A stretch of DNA of 46,822 nt from Octopus bimaculoides (GCF_001194135.2 NC_068982.1:44109560-44156381), one strand, 5' to 3'; shown: positions 1-12,158, numbered from the stretch's first letter. The notes: a model not told the origin generated them from the letters alone. Numbers and translations: made by a program.

Positions 1-185
1 GAAAGCGGACGTTAAACGATGATGATGATGATGATGATATATACATATAAATATATATATTTATTGCTGGCTTCCGGTATGTGGAGTTCTTGACTGGTAG
101 CACTTGCATGTGTAAGTTGTTTGCAAGACACATATATGTATGAATATATATATATACATATATATATATATATGTGTGTATGTAT

Positions 186-251
<66 letters not shown>

Positions 252-291
252 ATATATATGTCAAAATAAGCAACAAGGATATCGAAAGTTA

Positions 292-381
292 ATGCAGTAC
301 GATCGTTTCATGCAACTCCATTTAATTAAGCAATGTGAACATTATATCAAACGTAAAATGCGGAGCAATCCTCAGCTGCAC
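292..381 (-). ncRNA. Type I hammerhead ribozyme motif (Penelope-type, palindromic stem III)
   Basis: Minus strand reads tgcag-CTGAGGA-(59-nt stem II region)-GAAA-CGATCG-TA-ctgca. All conserved core nucleotides are present, with stem I tgcag/ctgca, palindrome ACGATCGT and a GUA cleavage triplet. Confidence 0.65.
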
Positions 382-504
382 AAAGATATAGAAATTTAAT
401 GAAATTACATTTCAACAGAAGGACATATTTTTATAACTAAATCTAAACTCTTCAAGTAGAAAGGAAGAATACAAAAAAAACATTTTGACTTAGCCAGACC
501 ATAC

Positions 505-848
505 AGGCAGCACGGGACCCAGTCAGGTGGCACTGGCATCAACCACAATTGGATGGTGCTTTTTACGTGCCACCGGCATGGGAGCCAGTCAGGTGACACT
601 GGCATTGACCGTGTTCAGAAAATGCTTTTTACATGCCACCGGCGTGGGAGCTAGTCAGGTGGCACTGGCATCAACCACGTTCGGATGGTGCTTTTTATGT
701 GCCGCCAACACAAGAGTCAGTTGGGGGGCACTGGCCACGTTCGGACAGTGCTTTTTATGTGCCACCAGCACGGGGTCAGTTGGGGGTCACTGGCATCAAC
801 CCACACTAGAATGGTGCTTATTACATGTCACCAACACAAGAACCAGAG
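505..848 (-). repeat. Tandem array of five ~59-66-bp units from the same retroelement UTR
   Basis: agtcag unit starts at 521, 587, 653, 715 and 774. Each unit carries gcactggc...ggtgctttttacgtgccacc, a motif also seen at ~37540-37630. Confidence 0.8.
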
Positions 849-1316
849 AAGTATGAAGTTTCAATGTTAATCCAGGTGGAATTGAGATAGAGTGGTTCAG
901 GATAGGTAGCAAAGGTCCAAGCAAAGTGTAGGAAGGGAGATAAGATTCCAAAAGGAGAGGAAGCTCAGTCAGGCAGGATCAAACTGGGGTGACCACATGA
1001 GTGTTTATTATGTGGTTCAGAAAAATGTACAAAAAAAAAAACAAAAAAAAATACAAAAGACAGAGATAGCTGAGGGAATAACAAAAAAGGTGTATTAGTT
1101 TGATGCTCAAGGAAAATGTGTTTTTGATGTTTTGAGCCTATGCTCTTCTACAGAAAGGAATGAGGAAAGAAAATAGGAGAGCAGAAGAAAACATGTGCAA
1201 CTGTTAATTCACACACATTCTTTTATCTCTGTGTTTTTTCCTCACTCTATCTGTCTTCAATACAGTTTTTCAGCTAATTTGAACCACATCTACCACATCT
1301 ACTATCTATCTATCTG

Positions 1317-1382
<66 letters not shown>

Positions 1383-2564
1383 ATATAGGAGTATATGCAT
1401 ATATATGTACATGTATGTATATACGTTCATCTACATGTACATATAGATACATAACTGGGTACATGACGTGGCAAAAGAACAAGGACAAAATGGTAAACAA
1501 GGTGCAACAAACAAGCAGGCCACATAGAAACATCCCCTTCATCAGCTGATTAAAAGGAGGCAAACAGAATTTTGGATAATTGTCTTAAAGAGTTTGGTTA
1601 AACGAACAAAAGCGCTAATAAAGAATTATCCAGAATTCTGACTACCTCCTTTTCTCAATATATAATATCTGTACACCACTTCAAACACTATATATATAAA
1701 GCTTCAATAAGATATTTCAACAATGCTACTGTGATCAAGCAGACCTATGATAAAAGATGTTCTAACCATCACCATCACATCTTTATTACATCAGTATTTC
1801 TAAGTCTATATTTTCTAATAAATCCATTTTTTTTTTCTTGTTTTGTAGACAGTTGGGTGTGATTTGAGTAAGAAATGACTACTATTTCTAAAAGGTCAAG
1901 TAACTGCCACTATATAAAGGCACAAATCCTGGTTGACTAAACCTCTGATCAAAGGCAATCTAGCCATGACCACTTTATCATTATGAGGGTATCTAAGAGT
2001 ACATTAAAGTAATACGATGGACCGTGAGATTGAGAGTGGTTTGGCAGCTATTTCTTGCAGGTCAAGAGAGCAAGCACGAACCCTTCGTTAGCTCATCATT
2101 AATTAACAATGTGATGTAGAGTACATAGGTAATTTTTCTACCACAGAAGCATCCTACACTCACAAACACATACCCTTCCTTTATACGGGAAACACGAAGG
2201 AAAATATAAATACAGAAAGAAATAAAGAAAGAGATATGTAAATAAATAGATTTTATTGGAGCTTTTGTTGTTGTTGTTGTTGTTGCTAATAATAACGACA
2301 GTGATGATGACTTTGCTGTTACTGCTGATTATGATGATGACTGAGCCAAGCTTTAGATATTGTTACCACACGGTAACTAACTTCTTAGTAATTGGCCGGC
2401 TGTATGTTTAATGTTGCTTTCATAACATCAAATACAGGTTTATAAGCAGAAAATGTAAACAAATGTGCACATGACAACAGCATGATTTTTCCTAGAAATT
2501 CATTACAGTCCAGTTAAGCAGCTGCTGAATAAGCCAATGAGAGCCTTGTTGAAAAAATGGTTGC

Positions 2565-2775
2565 TCAGCCTGTTAGAAATAGCAACTAAAATTCCCACCC
2601 TCAAATCACACCCTACCGTTTTCCTTTTGAAAAAAAAAAAACAAAAAAACAGAAGATATTAAAGTATGTAGCCCTAGATATATGATGCTAATTAAAATAT
2701 AGGATGGTCATGACTAATATATTTTGACTGTATCTTTACTCGATTAGAGCTGATTTGGCATTATATAACAATAAC
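2565..2775 (+). repeat. Older dispersed repeat (tagaaatagca.ccaaat...gatggtcatg.ctggaat...aacaacaac family)
   Basis: Similar copies at ~1735-1905 (-), 23050-23205 (+), 26545-26745 (+) and 35800-35892 (+). Confidence 0.65.
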
Positions 2776-2876
2776 TATTAACAGCAACAAAAATAAGAAC
2801 AACAATAGAAACTCATAAATACAGGCAGATGTTGTTATCAGGGTCATTCTATTCAACTTCACCTGTTTGTTTTCAG

Positions 2877-2898
2877 GTGTAACACTCTAGTGAGCAAG
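2877..2898 (+). CDS. Candidate 22-nt microexon (xCNTLVSK if coding)
   Basis: acctgtttgttttcAG|GTGTAACACTCTAGTGAGCAAG|GTAAGC. Both splice sites are near consensus in non-repetitive sequence, and one frame is open. Confidence 0.4.
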
Positions 2899-3237
2899 GT
2901 AAGCATTCTTTATTTTTTTATCGGAGCAGGTGCTACATTTTTTTTTTTTTTTTCATTGTGAACTGTCTTTTAAGACAACTGGCTTTCCACCTGCCACTGG
3001 TATCATATTGTTGTTTGAAGTACGTTATCCTTTACAATGTGTCTCTGCTAAGTAAGAAAAAAAGGAACAAAGCAAAAATAGGCACCACTCCCTCTTCATG
3101 GTTGAGGAGCTGACAAAAAAAAAAAAAAATCTTAAATGATGTAATTGCTTTGCAAAGTTGGTGAAATCTTGAAATTTGTAGAACCATACTACCTATAGTT
3201 ATAATACTGAAAGATAACTGATAAACTACAGATGATG

Positions 3238-3396
3238 TGGAGGCAAGGCTGTGTGGTAAGAAGTTTGCTTCCTGACCACATGGTTCTAGGTTTAGTCCCA
3301 CTGTGTGGCATACTGGGCAAGTGTCTTCCACTATAGCCTTGGGCTGACCAAACCCTTGTGGATGGATTTGGTACACAGAAACTGAAAGAAGCCTAT

Positions 3397-3398
<2 letters not shown>
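3238..3398 (+). mobile_element. CORE-type SINE (same family as 5244)
   Basis: Same head, CTGGGCAAGTGTC core and GAAACTGAAAGAAGCC tail followed by a microsatellite. Confidence 0.8.
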
Positions 3399-3450
<52 letters not shown>

Positions 3451-5243
3451 TAGAAAATGGAGACATACAATTGTCAGTTCAAAAATTAAAATTTATTAAC
3501 ATAATATTATATTATATGATATTGTTATGATAATATAATACAATATAATAAATAATAAATATTAAATACAAATTACATACAATTGTTTTGATTCTTACCA
3601 ATAACGGAATTATAAAAATCCATTTTTTGTGGGTAAGAATCTCTTCAGTGTAATTTTTGATATATGAGGATTCACAGAACCAAGAAAAGACTGAATTTAA
3701 ATATATTTAGGTTTTCTAGCCTAAGCGTCAATAATTAAAAACAAAAACAAAGATAAAAAAAAATAAAATAAAATGTGTGCATGTCTTTGTGTCTGTGTTT
3801 CTCCCCCATTACCATTTGACAACCGGTGTTGGTGTTTTTACATCCACATAGCTTTGCAGTTTGGCAAAAAAAATCAATAGAATAAACACTAGGCTTTGAA
3901 TAAATGTACTAGGGTTGATTCATTCATTGAACTAAAAACTCTTCAGGACAGTATCCAAGCATGGACGCAGTCTAATGAATGAAATAAGTAAAAGATAAAA
4001 GATGACAGAAATGGCACCAAACATCAAAAATTCAGTATTTCAGGCCCTGCGCTTAGTAGAAAAGAATATGTATGTTTCAGGTCTGCACAATATGAAATAG
4101 GAAATCTCTCCATTAGAGGTCTTAATTCCACTTATGTGGATACTCTAACGATGACCTGAAGTAATTTCTTATATTTGATTTGAGTCGAAAATTCTGGTAC
4201 TGCTTCTTAGCATAACACAAAATATATATATATATAAATCACCTACATAAAAAAAAGAAAAAATTCATCAATAATTCATAAATCAAATTGTGATCATGCT
4301 ATATAACTATTAAACCTAAAGTCTTGCATCTCTGTCAAGTTTATCATAAATCCTTCAGAACTTTCCTCTATCATTTGATTGTACTGAGACTCAGTATCCA
4401 GATTCAGCCTACTTCCTATCAATATATCAATCAAGGCCACTTCCCAGAGGGGAAATGGGATTGTGTATATTTTATTACTAATTGGATCTTTGACCTTTGC
4501 TTTGATGACCTTTAAACCTTTGGAATCTAGACCATTCTTCCATGTTTGAAATATTTCTGCTATGTGAACCAGGTCATCAGTATATAAAATTTCTCAAGAA
4601 CTTCCAATCCTGGATTCCTGTGTGGTGGTGACCTCAAGAAATACAATAATTCTTTCTATTATAGGCAGAAAGCTTGAAATTTTAGGCTGGTGGAGGTGGT
4701 GATGGGGCTAGTGGATTACATCAACCCAAGGGTTCAAGTACTACTTATTTTATCAGCCCCAAAATGTCAGCCTCAGTAGTATTTGATCTCAGAACATAGC
4801 AATATGTGAAATACCACCAAGCATTTCATCCAGCATCCTGACGACTCTGCCAGCTCACTGCCTTAACAATAATAATCCTTTCTATTGAAGGCACGAAGCC
4901 TAAAATTTGGAGGGAGAGGACTAGTCGATTACAACAACCCCAGTGTATTTCTGGTACTTAATTTATCGACCCTGAAAGGATGAAAAGCATTTGAGAACTC
5001 AGAACATAAAAACAGAAGAAATGCTGCCAAGCATTTTGTCCAGTATGGTAACAACTTTGCCAGCTCATCATTTTACTAAGAAGTAAAATGATAGAAAGGA
5101 ATGGCGGATGGAAGCATGTTGAATATCTACCTCTACACTAAATTTCTCACTGAACTAGCTGCCAGACCTAACTTTGACTTCTGCACATTTATGCACTCTT
5201 CAACAGTTAACATGGTTCATTCATTTACATTTAGTTTCCTTAT

Positions 5244-5660
5244 AGGTGCAGGCATGGTTGTGTGGTAAGAAGGTTGCTTCCCAACCACATGGTTCTGGAT
5301 CCAGTCCCACAGTGTGGCACCTTGGGCAAGTGTCTTCTCTTATTTTCTCGGGCCAACCAAAGCTTTGTGAGTGGATTTGGTTGACAGAAACTGAAAGAAG
5401 CGCAAGGCGGCGAGCTAGCAGAAATGTTAGCACACCGGGCGAAATGCTTAGCGGTATTTCGTCTGCCGTTACGTGTTCTGAGTTCAAATTCCGCCGAGGT
5501 CGACTTTGCCTTTCATCCTTTCGGGGTCGATAAATTAAGTACCAGTCACACACTGGGGTCGATGTAATCGACTTAATCCCTTTGTCTGTCCTTGTTTGTC
5601 CCCTCTATGTTTAGCCCCTTGTGGGCAATAAAGAAATAAGAAACTGAAAGAAGCCCATCT
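5244..5660 (+). mobile_element. CORE-type SINE (host of the insertion above)
   Basis: GGTGCAGGCATGGTTGTGTGGTAAG...CACCTTGGGCAAGTGTC...GAAACTGAAAGAAGCCC(TA)n, split by the 5402-5638 insertion. Confidence 0.85.
5402..5638 (+). mobile_element. Young SINE (GGCGGCGAGC.../GCCTTTCATCCTTTCGGGGTCGATAA family) inserted in another SINE
   Basis: B box GAGTTCAAATTCC, CpGs retained. 16-bp TSD agaaactgaaagaagc at 5386-5401 and 5639-5654. Confidence 0.9.
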
Positions 5661-6405
5661 TATATATATATANNNNNNNNNNNNNNNNNNNNNNNNNNNN
5701 NNNNNNNNNNNNNNNNNNNNNNNNNNNNNNNNNNNNNNNNNNNNNNNNNNNNNNNNNNNNNNNNNNNNNNNNNNNNNNNNNNNNNNNNNNNNNNNNNNNN
5801 NNNNNNNNNNNNNNNNNNNNNNNNNNNNNNNNNNNNNNNNNNNNNNNNNNNNNNNNNNNNNNNNNNNNNNNNNNNNNNNNNNNNNNNNNNNNNNNNNNNN
5901 NNNNNNNNNNNNNNNNNNNNNNNNNNNNNNNNNNNNNNNNNNNNNNNNNNNNNNNNNNNNNNNNNNNNNNNNNNNNNNNGGGTGGGGGGTGTTTATGTCC
6001 CTGTAATTTAGCGGTTCAGCAAATGAAATCAACAGAATAAGTACCAGGCTTAAAAAAAAAAAAATTAAATCCTGTGGTTGATTCATTCGACTAAAAACCC
6101 TTCAAGGTGTTGCCCCAGCATGACCTCAGTCTAATGACTGGAATAAGTAAAAGATAAAAGATCATGGCTCATTGGGCTACAAAACATAGAATACAATTAA
6201 AAACCTCTTTTACTTGTCTCAGTCATTGGACTGTGGGTGGCCTTGAAGAGTTTTAATCAAACATACCAACCCCAGCACTTAATTTGTTTTTATAAGTTTG
6301 GTACTTATTCTTTTAGATTCTTTTGCTTGACTGCTAAGTTATGGGGATATAAACAAACCGACACTGGTTGTCAAGCAGTGTGTGGTGGATGGGATGGATA
6401 TATTT

Positions 6406-6740
6406 AAAGATACCCTTCAGTCATGAATGACCATAGGATTGCACCTAGAAAGTTACCCTCTGAGGCACAAGTCCGGGCAAAGTTGTTTATGGAAGACCAA
6501 CAGTCGCCCATGCATACCAGCCTCCCCTCTTCATGCCAGTGATGTTATCCAAGAGAAAGGCAAAGGCCGATACACCTTGGCACCAGTGATGCCACAACTC
6601 ATTTCAGCAGCTGAGTGAACTGAAGCAATGTGAAATAAAGTGTCTTGCTCAAGAACACAACACACAGCCCAGTTAGGAAATTGAACTCACTACTTCATAA
6701 TTGTGAGCCTGATCTTCTAACCACCTAGCCATGCACCTTC
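6406..6740 (-). mobile_element. Longer tRNA-headed CORE-like SINE
   Basis: Head GAAGGTGCATGGCTAGGTGGTTAG...GAGTTCAATTTCC, core TTCTTGAGCAAGACAC...CACTCAGCTG. Relatives at ~11310-11490 (-), 25545-25800 (+), 27478-27740 (+) and 37172-37265 (-). Confidence 0.75.
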
Positions 6741-6762
6741 AGGAAGGTATATATATATATAA

Positions 6763-6793
<31 letters not shown>

Positions 6794-7070
6794 TAAAAGG
6801 TATCCATCATAGGATTCCCTCACACTATATAGTTTTTTTTTAGAAAAGCATAAATCTGGAGAGGAAGCACACTCTAAGAAGCAGAGCAGTCTATATTAAT
6901 TACTGGTGAAGGCTTGTTTATAGGGTCACCCAGGGTTTCTGGGTACCTTTCTCACCATGAAGGGTACCTTTATGGTGAGTCTGAAGATACTCATGAAGGG
7001 TATTTTCAGACTCTAAGACCTGATGGCCTCTTTAAAATATGGAGGGGTCTAATATATATATATATATATT

Positions 7071-7238
7071 ACTACACTCTCCGAGTGGTTGGCGTTAGGA
7101 AGGGCATCCAGCTGTAGAAGCTTTGCCAGATCAGATTGGAGCCTGGTGCAGCCATCTGGTTTGCCAGTCCTCAGTCAAATCGTCCAACCCATGCTAGCAT
7201 GGAAAGCGGACGTTAAACGATGATGATGATGATGATGA
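7071..7238 (+). mobile_element. 3' end of an abundant retroelement with a (GAT)n tail (probably RTE 3' UTR)
   Basis: actacactctccgagtggttggcgttaggaagggcatccagctg...catgctagcatggaaagcggacgttaaac(gat)n. The same tail opens the window (1-38). Relatives at ~20395-20745 (+) and 37310-37640 (-). Confidence 0.75.
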
Positions 7239-8203
7239 TATATATATATATATAATGAATTATGATTTTTTTTCGTTACTTAGGTGATGTAATTTATTAC
7301 TTAGGTGTGTTCAGTTTCCACTCCATTGCACTTCGGGCAAGTGTCTTCTACACACACACATGCGCCCATGCACACACACANNNNNNNNNNNNNNNNNNNN
7401 NNNNNNNNNNNNNNNNNNNNNNNNNNNNNNNNNNNNNNNNNNNNNNNNNNNNNNNNNNNNNNNNNNNNNNNNNNNNNNNNNNNNNNNNNNNNNNNNNNNN
7501 NNNNNNNNNNNNNNNNNNNNNNNNNNNNNNNNNNNNNNNNNNNNNNNNNNNNNNNNNNNNNNNNNNNNNNNNNNNNNNNNNNNNNNNNNNNNNNNNNNNN
7601 NNNNNNNNNNNNNNNNNNNNNNNNNNNNNNNNNNNNNNNNNNNNNNNNNNNNNNNNNNNNNNNNNNNNNNNNNNNNNNNNNNNNNNNNNNNNNNNNNNNN
7701 NNNNNNNNNNNNNNNNNNNNNNNNNNNNNNNNNNNNNNNNNNNNNNNNNNNNNNNNNNNNNNNNNNNNNNNNNNNNNNNNNNNNNNNNNNNNNNNNNNNN
7801 NNNNNNNNNNNNNNNNNNNNNNNNNNNNNNNNNNNNNNNNNNNNNNNNNNNNNNNNNNNNNNNNNNNNNNNNNNNNNNNNNNNNNNNNNNNNNNNNNNNN
7901 NNNNNNNNNNNNNNNNNNNNNNNNNNNNNNNNNNNNNNNNNNNNNNNNNNNNNNNNNNNNNNNNNNNNNNNNNNNNNNNNNNNNNNNNNNNNNNNNNNNN
8001 NNNNNNNNNNNNNNNNNNNNNNNNNNNNNNNNNNNNNNNNNNNNNNNNNNNNNNNNNNNNNNNNNNNNNNNNNNNNNNNNNNNNNNNNNNNNNNNNNNNN
8101 NNNNNNNNNNNNNNNNNNNNNNNNNNNNNNNNNNNNNNNNNNNNNNNNNNNNNNNNNNNNNNNNNNNNNNNNNNNNNNNNNNNNNNNNNNNNNNNNNNNN
8201 NNN

Positions 8204-8640
8204 AGAGAGAGAGAGAGAGAGAGAGAAAGAGTGTGTGTGTGTGTGTATGATGGGGGGGGGAGAAAAGGATGGAGAGAGGAGGGAAAGAGTATGATGGGGA
8301 GGAGAGGGGGAAGGAGAGGAGAAGGAAGGAGAAAAGGGAAAAACAAGAAGGGAGGGAGCGTGGCAGAAAGGGGAAGTGAGAGGGGGGAGAAAGTGGCAAG
8401 GAAGAAGGGAGGGAGAGTAGAAGAGAGAGAGAGAGAGAGAGAAAATGGAAGACAGAGAGGGAGAAGGGAGGAAGAGAGAGGTAGTGGAAAAGGAAGAGTG
8501 GGGAAGGGAGGGAAAGGGGAAGAGAGAGAGAGAAGGGGGGAAAATGAGAAGGGAACAAGAGAGAGAGAGAGGAAGAAAGGCAGACTGGGAGGGAGATGGA
8601 GAGCATAGGGGTGGAAGAAAGAGAGAGAGAGATTAACAAG
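8204..8640 (+). repeat. Polypurine (GA-rich) low-complexity tract
   Basis: Near-continuous G/A sequence. Similar tracts at ~40660-41480 (purine) and ~41940-42480 (pyrimidine). Confidence 0.9.
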
Positions 8641-9610
8641 ATGGTTCTGAAAGAGAGTAAGTAGTGTGTGTATGTGTGTGTGTGTTTGTTAGTGACCTAA
8701 CAGTAATATATCATCATCATCATCATTATCATAATAATCACTGTTGTTTTAATATCTATTTTTTCCATGCTTGCATGGGTCAGAAGAGGCCTTGTTGAGG
8801 CAGATACCCTTCTTAGCATCAAACCCAGCACTGGATTAACCATTAGGGCATCAAAGGAAGTAGGAGGCACAACGGAAATAGTAAATGGTTTACAGTACAA
8901 AAGAAATCACTTTAACCTTGCTAAAATAATGTTACCTAAGATTTATTTTGAGGATCTGATCAGAGACTTTACAGTTCAAAACAGTTGGAGGAAACTTTTC
9001 AAATATAAATAAAGTGGAAGTATACAAAAATAAACATTATTTTCCCTCTTACTGTTTTGATTCATTTTGAAAAATAAAAATATATTTTATGGTTTGTTAT
9101 TGTTTATATTTTGAATTACATAATCCTTTATGGGGGCACCAAAATTTTTTAAGTGCTTAGGGCCTCGAGGGGTCTTAATCTGGCCCTGATCAAACCTCAC
9201 CTGTTTCCAAGCAAGGTAATATTTCCCTAGTCTATGAAACAATAAAAAGTCTTGAAATGCTTTCACAGCAGACAAGTGAAGAATACCATTTAAATTGATG
9301 GTGACACTTCATTTTCAGTGAGCTTCACATTTCAAAACAAGGGAAACACACCCAAGACCGCACTCAGTCACACAAGCACACACAGGCTTGTGAGTGGATA
9401 TGCTAGACAGAAACTGAACGAAACCTGTCAAATATACCATATTTTTTCTTTGTCTTCTTCTTTTCATTGTATTACATATTGTGACAAGACAAGTACTTTC
9501 ATGCTTTCTACAATCTTCTGGTTTATATAGTAGCAATATTAACCAACAGTTATGTTTCGTAATTGATAACTGTAGTAAAATGCTTGAACTGTGTGTGTAT
9601 TCACACAAAC

Positions 9611-9646
<36 letters not shown>

Positions 9647-9928
9647 CAATCTAAGTGATTCCTGTTGAGTACCATTTAATTGCTAGAGTGCTTCAGATAT
9701 TCTTAAGTTATACAATTATTTCTTAATGATGGGGTAAATTTATCTAGTTTTTACCTACCATGTGTATGTTTCTGCTATTTATCTAATTCTATATTTATAG
9801 ATATGCAAACAGCAACAAAGTACTTTTTCACTGTCAATCTTCTTAAAAAGAAACACAAACCTGACAAACAGGTAACTTTATTCTCCATGATATCTACAGT
9901 AGTTTTCATGAAATTGTGTGTGTGTGTA

Positions 9929-10003
<75 letters not shown>

Positions 10004-10499
10004 CCTAATAGAATAAGATAGACTGATAGTGAATGACCATGAATGAATGATCATATTGATCATCTATTCAAACTTAATTGCCAAACAAGACAGTTTCCAT
10101 TCTTGCTACATCTGCCCTTAACATCACAGCATATCATTCTTCAAAGTGCACCAGCTAATTCTTTATTTAGTAAATTTTATTACCCAGTTGATAATCAGTA
10201 TGTCATTGTTATTCTTGTTTTTGTTTAGGAGTAGGTTAGCACTGATAACAGGAGACATATGATCAAAAACGTTTAGCCATAACCATTTTGTGTGAGTGTG
10301 TGTGTGTGTGGGGGGGGTGCGTGCGTATGTGCATACATGCATGTGTGTGTGCATGCGTGCATATGCATGCATGTGTATATACCTCGAACAACATCATTCA
10401 TTGTATTATTATTTCGTTGACTATTTTTACCACATATTTGTTGAAATACATTATGTTTTAATTAATTTTGAAAATAATGAAGAATTTACCATATCATTA

Positions 10500-10727
10500 T
10501 TAACACTCTAGCATTTAAATGGGCCATATCTGGCTCAAATATTCTATCAGTTTTGAGTTAAACCTGTCCAGATCCCACTTCTCACATCTACTCTACAAAA
10601 TCACTCTAAATATAAACAATCGCATCATTGAAATCTCAAAGCTACAAAATAATGCATGATTAATTCAAAACAGAATGAATAAATAAGCATTGCATTTGAC
10701 AGTGTAATCTGAATGCTAAAGAGTTAA
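10500..10727. mobile_element. piggyBac-like MITE (~230-bp family), copy 1
   Basis: TTAA-cactctagcatt ... aatgctaaagag-TTAA. The internal sequence is shared with copies at 20137, 21463 and 26263. Confidence 0.75.
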
Positions 10728-10787
10728 GCAGGTGTGTGAGATATAATTAACTTGAAATTTCCATGGAATATTTTAATTTAGATCACT

Positions 10788-10883
10788 TTAACCTTTAGCA
10801 CACTGTAGGTGCATCATGTCATCATATGAATTTTCTCCCCTGTAGTAACAATTCTATAGAAAATGAAGTGTGCTAAAGGTTAA
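10788..10883. mobile_element. 96-bp piggyBac-like mini-MITE
   Basis: Perfect 16-bp terminal inverted repeat including TTAA: ttaacctttagcacac / gtgtgctaaaggttaa. Confidence 0.7.
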
Positions 10884-12158
10884 AATGGAGAATTTGTACC
10901 ATAGAACCAAGTGCAGCCTCCGGTAGGTTGGTATCAAAAGGGTTAAGAAAATAGAGTTTGTTTCAATTGTTATTTCTACGAAGGAAAGTGACACTTGATG
11001 GTACAATTATAAATGGGAAGAATCCTGTTGTAAAACAATTATGCCAATTACTCCCACAATATGCAGGCTGACGTGGAAGTGAAGATGTGAAAAAGAAAGC
11101 TGTTCAACACAGTTCACCAAAGCATGTTCTCATGACAAAGTACTGTAAACAACACAAATATAGTTTTCCCATTTGACCCATCAAAGAAAGAATTCTAATG
11201 CATAAATAAGAAAACAGATCCATCATAGATTCCTCCAAAAGGCAAGGTTTTCTTTTGAAATCACACCGACTCACAAGGACTGGTTTCATGGCATACATAT
11301 ATATAAGCCCCCACCTGGACAGCATGTTGGTCCATTGCAGGGTTACTCATTTTTGCCAGCTGAGTGAACTGGAGCAATGTGAAATGAAGTGTTTTTCTCA
11401 AGGACATAATGCGTTGTCCATTCCAGGAATCAAAACCACAATCTTAGGATCACGAGTCCAACACCCTAGCCACTAAGTCACATGCCTCCCCCCCATTCCT
11501 CCCAAGAGTTGCAGTGAAACTGTATCAGTAACCAAATCACAGCTAGTGCAACAAAAACTTTGAATTCGTCTGCTGAAATACTCTTCCTGTCACCGACTTT
11601 CACCTATTTCCTAGTAGGGTAATATTACCCCATGATAAAGCAGCGAGCTGGCAGAATAGTTAGCATGCTGGGCAAAATGCTTAGCAGCATTTCATCCGTC
11701 TTTAACGTTTTGAGTTCAAATTCTGCTGAGGTCAACTTTCCCTTTCATTCTTTCAGGGTCAATAAAATAAGTACCAGCTGAACAGTGGGGGCCAAAGTAA
11801 ACAAATTATCCCCTTTCCTGAAATTGCTGACCTTGTGCCAAAATTTGAAATCAATCTTACCTCAAACATGTTTTCCCAGAATATTGGAAATAAATGACAC
11901 CGCTTGTATGACAGTAGCACTCATTTACAACTCTCACACAACATCAAGAAAGAGATACAAACATACACACATCTGCATACACATACATACATACATATGA
12001 TGGGCTTTGGTCAGGTTAAGGCGATAGCAGAAGTCACTTGCCCAATGTGCCAAGCAGTGGGACTGAGACAGTAATGTCCAAGGTTTGTTGATGATGATGA
12101 GGATGAGAATGAGGAGTAGGATGTAAGTGTTTTAGCTTCAACATGCAGTCTCAAAGCA

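Noticed and set aside
505-848. Repeat array as a CRISPR or repeat-protein gene
   Set aside because: The units are whole diverged tandem copies without unique spacers, the context is eukaryotic, and the motif matches a dispersed retroelement UTR.
1849-1872. Strong acceptor plus gtaag donor as a microexon (also isolated donors at about 11860, 15688 and 19170 on the minus strand)
   Set aside because: The first lies inside a dispersed repeat. The others lack a convincing partner acceptor or coding frame, and such motifs are expected by chance.
4545-4585. Minus-strand CTGATGA...GAAATATTTC hammerhead-like motif
   Set aside because: Stem II is marginal and stem I does not pair. At best a very old relic.
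11104-11325. 73-aa minus ORF as an RT fragment
   Set aside because: No recognisable RT motif in any frame. Its start overlaps a SINE end.
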